In this document: positions 9,092 to 16,539 of the stretch, piece after piece
Position numbering within the stretch: the first letter of the stretch is position 1
Layout: the number at the start of each line of letters is the position of its first letter
Assembly (NCBI GenBank): GCA_964415025.1
Contig: CAYPXF010000007.1
Location: 1-61,653 of the forward strand
Direction: 5' to 3'
From: an uncultured Gammaproteobacteria bacterium
GTDB taxonomy: Bacteria; Patescibacteriota; Patescibacteriia; UBA10025; JAHIVO01
DNA: 61,653 nucleotides
The notes under the pieces: model-generated
The model's input: the letters and a program-made list of their open reading frames with translations, nothing else
What the model was told of the DNA's origin: nothing
Database searches by the model: none
Position numbers and translations under genes: made by a program

Positions 9092-9113
9092 AACAATCTG
9101 TGGATAACTACAA

Positions 9114-9455
9114 CTACCGTGCTTTAGTAATCGCATTGGTGATCCAGGATATTACCCATAGAATCACGCCGCCGATCAGGGCGGTGACAAAGCTGTCGAC
9201 CGCAAATCCCTCGATAAATGAAGCAACAAACCAGATGATCAGGGCGTTAATCACCAGCGTGAACAAACCAAGCGTCAGTATGGTAATTGGCAGAGTCAGT
9301 ACGATTAAAATCGGCTTCAGAATAGCGTTCAAAATACCAAGTACCACGGCAACAATCAGCGCGATATAAAACGAACTAACCTCAAATCCCGGCACCAGGT
9401 AAGCTACCATAAGCAGGGCAGCCGCATTGAGTAATAAACGAAGAAGTAAATACAT
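9114..9455 (-). CDS. 4-TM phage holin superfamily IV / YvlD-like membrane protein
   Basis: LNAILKPILIVLTLPITILTLGLFTLVINAL signature. Confidence 0.85.
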   Translation of the reverse strand: MYLLLRLLLNAAALLMVAYLVPGFEVSSFYIALIVAVVLGILNAILKPILIVLTLPITILTLGLFTLVINALIIWFVASFIEGFAVDSFVTALIGGVILWVISWITNAITKAR

Positions 9456-9460
9456 GTGAT

Positions 9461-9570
9461 GAATTCCTAATTACTAATTACTAATTCCTAGTCAAATCCC
9501 AATTTTTTAATGCTTAATTAATAAATTGAATCATTAACAATTTACTAGAAATTAGATATTAGAAATTATT
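9461..9570. repeat. AT-rich heptamer repeats (CTAATTA)n and inverse (TAGAAAT)n
   Basis: ctaatta ctaatta ctaattc at 9467-9487; tagaaat tagatat tagaaat at about 9546-9566. Confidence 0.6.
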
Positions 9571-9583
9571 AATTAATTTTATT

Positions 9584-9658
9584 TACCGCCTACGGGATTC
9601 GAACCCGTGTTACATGGATGAGAACCATGCGTCCTAGGCCGGGCTAGACGAAGGCGGC
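9584..9658 (-). tRNA. tRNA-Glu (anticodon CTC), CCA not encoded
   Basis: Full cloverleaf: acceptor GCCGCCT/AGGCGGT, anticodon arm CATGG-TTCTCAT-CCATG, T arm ACGGG-TTCGAAT-CCCGT. Confidence 0.95.
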
Positions 9659-9666
9659 TTATTAAA

Positions 9667-9735
9667 CGTCCTAGGCCAGGCTACCTGTCCGCCATCGTCT
9701 ACGGCGAAGCCGTGGCAAGCGGAGACATAGGCGGC
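9667..9735 (-). pseudogene. Degenerate 5' fragment (nt 1-29) of tRNA-Glu interrupted by a 40-nt hairpin insert
   Basis: 26/29 nt identical to 9630-9658 once insert 9684-9723 is removed. Confidence 0.75.
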
Positions 9736-9749
9736 CTAAACGTTTCCGT

Positions 9750-9778
9750 ATCATAGCAAATTAAAGACGGTAAATCAA
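9750..9778 (-). promoter_or_regulatory. Promoter for tRNA-Glu (transcript would include the interrupted fragment)
   Basis: TTGATT-17 bp-TATGAT with extended -10 TG. Confidence 0.65.
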
Positions 9779-9826
9779 GCTCGCCTACCCTGGTAAACAC
9801 AGTATCCGGCCCACGACAAAAAACAA

Positions 9827-10006
9827 TTAATGCTTACGGTAAATCTGGAAAAATATCCCGGCGAGGAAGGACAGCATACCTAGCTGCAAATAGAATGAAG
9901 ACGAAATAATAATAAACTCGTTCTGCACCTCGGTGAAAAAGCCGAATATACCGCACATAATACCGAAAACAGCAAATGCTATTGGAACATATTTATTTTT
10001 CAGCAC
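9827..10006 (-). CDS. Small two-TM membrane protein
   Basis: Hydrophobic 59 aa; GTG at 10006 is preceded by SD GAAAGGGGGT (track start 10015 lies within the SD). Confidence 0.6.
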   Translation of the reverse strand: MLKNKYVPIAFAVFGIMCGIFGFFTEVQNEFIIISSSFYLQLGMLSFLAGIFFQIYRKH

Positions 10007-10042
10007 CTTTGTCACCCCCTTTCCGTATAATCGTTGAAATAA

Positions 10043-11053
10043 TTATTTAATCTTATTGCCGACCTTAGCACACAGACGGACTAGCGCTTCAGAATACCCC
10101 CATTCATTATCATACCAGGCAATAACTTTCGCTAAATTTCCACCGACTACTTTTGTTAATTCCAGATCGACGATTGAAGCGTGCGGATTACCGACAATAT
10201 CAGACGATACGATTGGCTCATCAATGCACGTCAAGATGTCCTGGTATTGGTCGGTGGCCGCGGCCTGTTTGAGCGCTTGGTTAATTTGTTCTTCGGTCGC
10301 TTCTTCCTTCAGCACAATAGTAATATCCGAGAGTGACCCAACCGGTATAGGTACCCGGATAGCCATGCCGTCAAACTTACCTTTAAGATCTGGGATAGTG
10401 GTTGTGGTTGCTTTTGCCGCTCCAGTAGTGGTAGGAACCAAGTTTTCAGCCGCTGCCCGCGCCCGTCGCATATCTTTTTTATGGGAATTATCCACGATGT
10501 TTTGACTGCTGGTATAGGCATGAATGGTTGTCAGCATGGCTTTTTCTATACCAAATACGTCATTAATTACATTGACGATCGGGGCAATGCAGTTTGTCGT
10601 GCATGAAGCATTTGACACTATTGGATCATCACCAAGCTCATCATCGTTGACGCCCAGTACGAATGATTGCACCTCTGTCCCCTTTGGCGGAGCAGATAAG
10701 ACGACTCGTTTAGCGCCGGCATCGAGGTGAGCACTGGCTTTTTCTCGGGTACGAAATACGCCGGTTGACTCGATGACTACATCGACTTCAAGCTCTTGCC
10801 ATGGTAAATCCTTTGGTTCGCGCTCCGAATACACACGATATTTTTTGCCATCGACTATAACATGCTCATCATCATAGGTTACCTCATGCTCATACCGGCC
10901 GTACACTGTATCGTATTTGAGTAAATGAGCCAGCATTTTTGTACCGGATAAATTATTGAGCGCCACTACCTCGAACTGGTCACTGGCATGAGCTATCTTG
11001 AATGCCGCCCGGCCAATACGGCCGACACCATTAATTGCAAGTTTGATTGCCAT
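10043..11053 (-). CDS. gap: Type I glyceraldehyde-3-phosphate dehydrogenase
   Basis: INGVGRIGR, ASCTTNC, WYDNEWGYS. Confidence 0.97.
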   Translation of the reverse strand: MAIKLAINGVGRIGRAAFKIAHASDQFEVVALNNLSGTKMLAHLLKYDTVYGRYEHEVTYDDEHVIVDGKKYRVYSEREPKDLPWQELEVDVVIESTGVFRTREKASAHLDAGAKRVVLSAPPKGTEVQSFVLGVNDDELGDDPIVSNASCTTNCIAPIVNVINDVFGIEKAMLTTIHAYTSSQNIVDNSHKKDMRRARAAAENLVPTTTGAAKATTTTIPDLKGKFDGMAIRVPIPVGSLSDITIVLKEEATEEQINQALKQAAATDQYQDILTCIDEPIVSSDIVGNPHASIVDLELTKVVGGNLAKVIAWYDNEWGYSEALVRLCAKVGNKIK

Positions 11054-11124
11054 AGTTTTTTATTTGTTATTAATAATGTATCAGAATAATGTTTACGACT
11101 GCTGCCTGCTCCACTACATCCTAC

Positions 11125-11994
11125 TCACGAAACAGCACCGTCACTCCCAAATATAACAATCTTTTCCTCCACCACGCGCTGAATAGCTTGAATCGATGGG
11201 CGCAGCACCTCACGTGGATCAAATTCGTCAGGATGTTTGAGCAGGGTCTTGCGCAGTGTGTCGGTAAAAGCCAAACGTATTTCGGTATCAATATTAATGA
11301 TGGAAATGCCATGCTGGATAGCTTCCTGAATCTGTGCTGGTTCAACGCCAGACGCGCCATGCAGCACCAGCGGCGTATCGGGAATGCGGCTGTTGATTTT
11401 TTGCAAACGGTTAATATCCATTTCTGGATTGCCCTTGTGCATTTTCATGATACCGTGGACATTGCCCACTGCAACCGCCAGTGTGTCTACTCCAGTCTTT
11501 GCCACAAATTCCTCGGCCTCATCAGGATCTGTCATATACTTTTCTTTTTCTTCCTTAGTCATTTCTTCGAGACCTTTGACCACCCCGAGCTCACCCTGTA
11601 CAAGCACATTTTTACGGTGCGCAAAATCAACCGCTTGTTTGGTCAGGATAATATTTTCCATCAGCGGCATGTCGGACGCATCCATCATAATCGAGGAGAA
11701 TCCAGCGCGGATGCATTCTGCTACTGACCGAAAACTTTTGCCATGATCCAAATGCAGCGCCACTGGGATGCTGCCTGTTTCTACCGATGCCACGGCCTGA
11801 ACAATACTGGTAATAGCCTTGAGACCAGCATACCGGATGCTTGTTTCTGATACTTGGAGTATGACCGGTGATTTTTTAGCCACCGCGGCCTGAACCACAC
11901 CGAGTGTTGTTTCTAGGTTTTCTATATTAAAAGCACCAACAGCATATGATTTGCCCTTAGCCTCCTCGAGTAATTCCTGTAATCGTACTAACAT
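11125..11994 (-). CDS. fba: Class II fructose-bisphosphate aldolase
   Basis: YAVGAFN, LHLDHG, GELG, GNVHG, LVLHGASG, INIDT. Confidence 0.93.
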   Translation of the reverse strand: MLVRLQELLEEAKGKSYAVGAFNIENLETTLGVVQAAVAKKSPVILQVSETSIRYAGLKAITSIVQAVASVETGSIPVALHLDHGKSFRSVAECIRAGFSSIMMDASDMPLMENIILTKQAVDFAHRKNVLVQGELGVVKGLEEMTKEEKEKYMTDPDEAEEFVAKTGVDTLAVAVGNVHGIMKMHKGNPEMDINRLQKINSRIPDTPLVLHGASGVEPAQIQEAIQHGISIINIDTEIRLAFTDTLRKTLLKHPDEFDPREVLRPSIQAIQRVVEEKIVIFGSDGAVS

Positions 11995-11997
11995 GGT

Positions 11998-12762
11998 TCA
12001 AGCTCCCTCAAATATCGTTATTATTTTATTAAAACTATGCGCTTCCTTTGCCGCGCCGCCAACCAGGGCGCCGTTAATATCGTCCATAGCCGCAAATCCG
12101 CCGGCATTATCTGGATTGACCGACCCACCGTAAATCACCGGCAGGGCAGCAGCTACTGATTTATCAGCCAATGAAGCGACTGTGTGCTTAATAAATTTAT
12201 GAATCACTTGGGCCGATTCGGGCGAGTCGCTTTCCCCGGCATTGTCTACGGCTGTACTGATTGCCCAGCGCGGTTCGTAGGCAATCAGAATTTTTTTCAA
12301 CTGGTGATGCGGTACCTCGGTCAGACACGTACGAACCTGCTGTTCGACGACCTGTTTGGTCTGACCGGCCTGCTTCTCGACCCTGGTTTCTCCTAAACAA
12401 ATAATCGGCCGGAGCCCGCTCTGCAATGCCAGCTTTGCTTTTGCGTTTATGATTTCGTCTGTCTCACCAAATATATCCCGGCGCTCTGAATGTCCAAGGA
12501 TGACGAAACTACCGCCAACCGCCTTCAGCTGACTGGCTGAAACTTCGCCAGTATAGGCACCGCTTTTTTCCCAAAAAATATTCTGGCCGCCGCACGCAGC
12601 TTTATCTGCCGCGCCACAAACATACTCCACGTCAGGAAATGAGGGGCAAAGCACAACTTCAACCAAAGCCGATGTAGAGACCTCCAGCCGCTCAATAAAC
12701 CGCTGCAGCGCTGGCCGATCCATATTCATTTTCCAGTTGGCAATAACGTATGCTGTTGCCAT
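11998..12762 (-). CDS. tpiA: Triosephosphate isomerase
   Basis: ANWKMN, GHSERR, AYEPRWAI, YGGSV, LVGGA. Confidence 0.97.
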   Translation of the reverse strand: MATAYVIANWKMNMDRPALQRFIERLEVSTSALVEVVLCPSFPDVEYVCGAADKAACGGQNIFWEKSGAYTGEVSASQLKAVGGSFVILGHSERRDIFGETDEIINAKAKLALQSGLRPIICLGETRVEKQAGQTKQVVEQQVRTCLTEVPHHQLKKILIAYEPRWAISTAVDNAGESDSPESAQVIHKFIKHTVASLADKSVAAALPVIYGGSVNPDNAGGFAAMDDINGALVGGAAKEAHSFNKIITIFEGA

Positions 12763-12765
12763 ATA

Positions 12766-13263
12766 TTATATAAATGAAGTAATTCCTACGGTCATGGCTG
12801 TCACAACGACTCCGGCAATGAGCACCCCGATAACTAGTGCGGGAAAGGAGCGGCGGAACGGTACGCCGAACAAAAATGCTGCGGCTGCACCAGTCCAGGC
12901 ACCGGTAATCGGCAGTGGAATAGCTACAAACAGCACCAGCGCCACAAATTTTCCGTATTTTTCAGAGGTGACAGAAAAGCGGCGACGTGTCCGGGCGAAA
13001 AGCCATATGAAAAATCGATCAAAGAACCGCGACTGTTTGCGCAACCATTGCGCTACTGGATCGAGAAACAGCAGTAGAAAAAACGCGGGAATAGTATTGC
13101 CGACCACTGCCCAGAAATATGCGCTCACTACTGGCATATCAAACCCAACAATAGCTACTGGAATCGCCCCGCGTAATTCTGCAATCGGCAACATAGCAAT
13201 CAGTAGTGTGGCTAATTCAGGTGCAATACCCTGAAAAATCGACGTATAGTCAATATGTATCAT
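12766..13263 (-). CDS. Small multidrug export-like membrane protein (COG2426-like)
   Basis: PIAELRGAIP and FVAIPLPITGAWTG motifs. Confidence 0.85.
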   Translation of the reverse strand: MIHIDYTSIFQGIAPELATLLIAMLPIAELRGAIPVAIVGFDMPVVSAYFWAVVGNTIPAFFLLLFLDPVAQWLRKQSRFFDRFFIWLFARTRRRFSVTSEKYGKFVALVLFVAIPLPITGAWTGAAAAFLFGVPFRRSFPALVIGVLIAGVVVTAMTVGITSFI

Positions 13264-13284
13264 ATTTATTGTACCATAATTGCA

Positions 13285-14223
13285 TTAAATCGGCCAGAAA
13301 TAAGCTTGCTGCGCCCAGGTGACGAGCGCTTTTGCTTCAGCAAACCGAGCATCACTGCCAATGCTGTGGAACAGCACGACAACAGTACTCTGCTGACCTG
13401 CTGTTTGGCATGCATAGGTAAATCCTGCCTCGTGTAAGTATCCTGTTTTTCCGCCAATTATATCCAGCTCGGTATCGGCCAGTAAACTGTTTGTGTTAGT
13501 AATACGGTAGTGGCGTTTTTGATCAACCGTACTAAACTCATATACTGGCACCTGCAAGGCCTCGTTAATCTTTTCATATTGGAATGCTCGTCTGGCAATA
13601 ACACTATATTCATATACTGTTGAGACATTATCAGGATTCAGTCCCGTCACATCATAAAAAACAGTGTTTGCCAGACCCATTTTATCCACCATCTCATTCA
13701 TACGCTGAATAAACGCCTGTTCAGCAAGTCCGGTAGAGCGAGCCAACGCCTTAGTCGCATTATTTGCCGAGCCGACGAGACTGGAGAAGAACAAATCACG
13801 GACTAATACTATTTCGCCGGGCTGGACATAGAAACGGCTGCCGGGCACGTTACTATTATCAACTCCCTCAATAACAATTTCTGTATCAAAATTCGTATTC
13901 GTCTCCAGAAAAACCATAGCGGTTACCAGTTTTGTGAGACTGGCAATAGGCAATACTGCATCAGGCTGTTTGGACCACAACACCTCACCACTCATGCTAT
14001 CCGTAACAATTCCTGCCTCGGCAGTGACGATACGCCGCGGGCGTACCCATACTGAATCTCGTAATGGTGGGAGCGACTGATATGCATTATGCGCATTGAT
14101 AGTCTGCCGATGCATGAGCGCGGATACTTCACGCGCAAGCGAATTGACAGGGCTGAATAATAATTTCCCTGGCATATCAATATGCTGAATGTGTATCAGT
14201 AATGCAAATAACAAACCGAGCAT
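13285..14223 (-). CDS. Serine-type D-Ala-D-Ala carboxy/endopeptidase (peptidase S11)
   Basis: SLTK (SxxK), SAN (SxN), KTG triad; N-terminal signal/TM. Confidence 0.9.
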   Translation of the reverse strand: MLGLLFALLIHIQHIDMPGKLLFSPVNSLAREVSALMHRQTINAHNAYQSLPPLRDSVWVRPRRIVTAEAGIVTDSMSGEVLWSKQPDAVLPIASLTKLVTAMVFLETNTNFDTEIVIEGVDNSNVPGSRFYVQPGEIVLVRDLFFSSLVGSANNATKALARSTGLAEQAFIQRMNEMVDKMGLANTVFYDVTGLNPDNVSTVYEYSVIARRAFQYEKINEALQVPVYEFSTVDQKRHYRITNTNSLLADTELDIIGGKTGYLHEAGFTYACQTAGQQSTVVVLFHSIGSDARFAEAKALVTWAQQAYFWPI

Positions 14224-14228
14224 ACGAA

Positions 14229-14852
14229 CTATGCATCATGCTTAGTTTTCTCGACCGTTTCTGCCGCGTCAGATTCTGCTTCTGCTGACGGCATATTAGC
14301 AGACTCATCGCGGCCTGCTGATTCCTCGAGCAGTGTCCTGATATTTTCATTATGCCGCAGCGCTTCATAATTCGGCAAATCCTCGACCCGGTCTGCCCCT
14401 AAGAACCGCAGAAAATCAAAGGTGACGGTATATACAGTTGCCATTTTTTCACGGTCTTCGCTCGCTTCGATCAGGCCCTTGATCATCAGGTTGCGGATAA
14501 TCAGGCTGCAGTTAACACCGCGAATCTGCTCTAGCTCGGCTTTGGTGACCGGCCCACGGTAGGCTATGATAGTCAGGGTTTCTAGGGACGGCTTGGTAAG
14601 TTCGCCACTCTGCTCTGCTTTTACGAATTCTTTGATTAAATACGCGCATTCAGGATTTGTGGCCATTTGATATGATGAACCGGCCTGCTGAATATGAATA
14701 CCCCGGTCTGGTGTATTGTACTGTTCCATCAGTGTCTGAACTGCCGCTGCTACTTGTTTTTTATCTTTACCAACGATATCTGACAAACGGCGCAGAGAAA
14801 TCGGTTTGCCAGAAATGAAGAGTAAGCTTTCAATCAGAATTGTTAGATCCAT
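14229..14852 (-). CDS. scpB: SMC-Scp complex subunit ScpB
   Basis: IESLLF, LETLTIIAYRGPVTKAELEQIRGV. Confidence 0.95.
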   Translation of the reverse strand: MDLTILIESLLFISGKPISLRRLSDIVGKDKKQVAAAVQTLMEQYNTPDRGIHIQQAGSSYQMATNPECAYLIKEFVKAEQSGELTKPSLETLTIIAYRGPVTKAELEQIRGVNCSLIIRNLMIKGLIEASEDREKMATVYTVTFDFLRFLGADRVEDLPNYEALRHNENIRTLLEESAGRDESANMPSAEAESDAAETVEKTKHDA

Positions 14853-14867
14853 AGTATGGTGTAAAGG

Positions 14868-15596
14868 TTAAATATCTTGGTTTGGTTGGTCATCTGGGGA
14901 TGACACGGGTTTGACGACGATATCGTCAAAAACACCCTCCTGTGCCACTGCAACAGCGCGCTGCTTGACAAGTTCTAATAAAGCTAAAAATGTGACAATC
15001 ACTTCGGTCTTATTTTTTGACTGCTTCAGCAGCTGGCCAAAATTAATTGTTGCCTGGTCTCTTATCATTTGCTGGATATTGCGGATGCGCTCCTTGATGG
15101 AAATAGTACGCGTAATTACTTCGCTTGGCAATCCGACCCATGGCTCCAAACCACTGATGATGGCTTCCATAATTTCATGCATTTTTTCCTGATTCAGCGA
15201 TGCCGGCGGATTAAAAACTTTATCAACCTGCGTTACCATGCGGTCACGCGTATATAAAAACTTCTTCTTGCCAATCATTTTTTGCAGCACTGTTGAAGCT
15301 TCGTAAAATTCCTTATAAATTTTTAGCTGCTTTTCCAGATCAATCCCCTCTTCCTCATCAATCTCCAGACTGGGCAGTAATACCCTCGACTTGATGAGTA
15401 GAAGTTTGGCCGCGACGACCAGGAAGTCAGCCAGCTCTTCGGGCGAAATACGCTGACTCGAATTCAAGTATTCTAAATATTGGTCAGTCACTGCCGCTAG
15501 ACAAACCTGTGTAATATCCATCTTTTCCTGCTCAATCAGCTGGAGCAGTAGATCAAGCGGACCCTCGAATTGTTCGAGCTGGATGTTATACTTCAT
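14868..15596 (-). CDS. scpA: Segregation/condensation protein ScpA
   Basis: FEGPLDLLLQLI, FLVVAAKLLLIKS, TFLALLEL; start at 15596 forms an ATGA overlap with the upstream stop. Confidence 0.95.
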   Translation of the reverse strand: MKYNIQLEQFEGPLDLLLQLIEQEKMDITQVCLAAVTDQYLEYLNSSQRISPEELADFLVVAAKLLLIKSRVLLPSLEIDEEEGIDLEKQLKIYKEFYEASTVLQKMIGKKKFLYTRDRMVTQVDKVFNPPASLNQEKMHEIMEAIISGLEPWVGLPSEVITRTISIKERIRNIQQMIRDQATINFGQLLKQSKNKTEVIVTFLALLELVKQRAVAVAQEGVFDDIVVKPVSSPDDQPNQDI

Positions 15597-16060
15597 GCCA
15601 CAATATAGATTAAAAGATTGACGATAATAAGCGCCGCCCAATTAGCAGCCGTTATCCAGCGCTTGTCCCACCAATTAACAAAATTAAAATGTATATCAGA
15701 AAAGGGATAAAAAATCCTCGTCGCCCAGAGGCCGCGATGGCTAAAAATATCCATCAGCAAATGCAGGTAATAAGGTACGGTCAGCATAAGGTAAACTGGC
15801 TCAACCGCAGTGAGAACAATTGCCAATATAGAAATTGGGATAAAGCTATGCGTCCAATAGTAAACCGTGACATACGAATCATCTTCCGGAAAATCCTCCT
15901 GCAGCGCGACAACTCCCCTGGTAATCCGGCCCCGTTGTCGCAGCCACATGTAGGTAGCCGGGATAATATCAGGTAAAGCTCCGCTTAGGGCCGCCCACCA
16001 GATAAGCGGAGGTTTTCTGACGATCGTAGCCCCCCAGGCAGCGTGCGCAATCGTATCCAT
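15593..16060 (-). CDS. Membrane metal-dependent hydrolase (YdjM-like)
   Basis: MDTIAH, ALPDI, HS, HLLMDIFSH pattern. Confidence 0.7.
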   Translation of the reverse strand: MDTIAHAAWGATIVRKPPLIWWAALSGALPDIIPATYMWLRQRGRITRGVVALQEDFPEDDSYVTVYYWTHSFIPISILAIVLTAVEPVYLMLTVPYYLHLLMDIFSHRGLWATRIFYPFSDIHFNFVNWWDKRWITAANWAALIIVNLLIYIVA

Positions 16061-16539
16061 TATTTCTTAGATTTATCCCGCTTAGCTACAGTCCCTGTTT
16101 GTGCTTCCTCCAGCTCGACAAAATCCTTTACCTTCATGCGAATACTTTCGGTAAAGCTGCCGGCACTGAATAGCGCTTGACGCACTCGCTTGAGCGCGTT
16201 ATCCACGACCACGCCGACCTTATGCACGGTACCAAAAGGAGTAATAGCTCCTGGTTTCACTTTAAATTTGTTTTTCATCTCCCGCTCTTTGGCAATGCTG
16301 ACTTTTTTGGCCTTGAGCAGTTTTTTTAGTTTTGCCAAGTCTAATTTATAGTGCGCCGGGATAACGACGAGGTAGTATTCCTTATCAGCCTTAACCAATA
16401 ATGTCTTTGCGATTTCCTGCAATTTCTGCTTGGTGGTCTGCGCTAAATCGTAAGCAGTGTAGACGGTTTTATGCTCGACTATGTTATGCTTTATTTTGTT
16501 TTTTTCGAGATGGTTGAGAATTTTTTTTGGTATGGCCAT
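16060..16539 (-). CDS. YbaK/EbsC-family aminoacyl-tRNA editing protein
   Basis: IAKTLLVKAD, GAITPFG, VVVD. Confidence 0.85.
   Translation of the reverse strand: MAIPKKILNHLEKNKIKHNIVEHKTVYTAYDLAQTTKQKLQEIAKTLLVKADKEYYLVVIPAHYKLDLAKLKKLLKAKKVSIAKEREMKNKFKVKPGAITPFGTVHKVGVVVDNALKRVRQALFSAGSFTESIRMKVKDFVELEEAQTGTVAKRDKSKK

Noticed and set aside
9114-9455. Holin-family gene as evidence of a prophage
   Set aside because: This 4-TM family is common on chromosomes, and no endolysin, capsid, terminase or integrase genes are nearby
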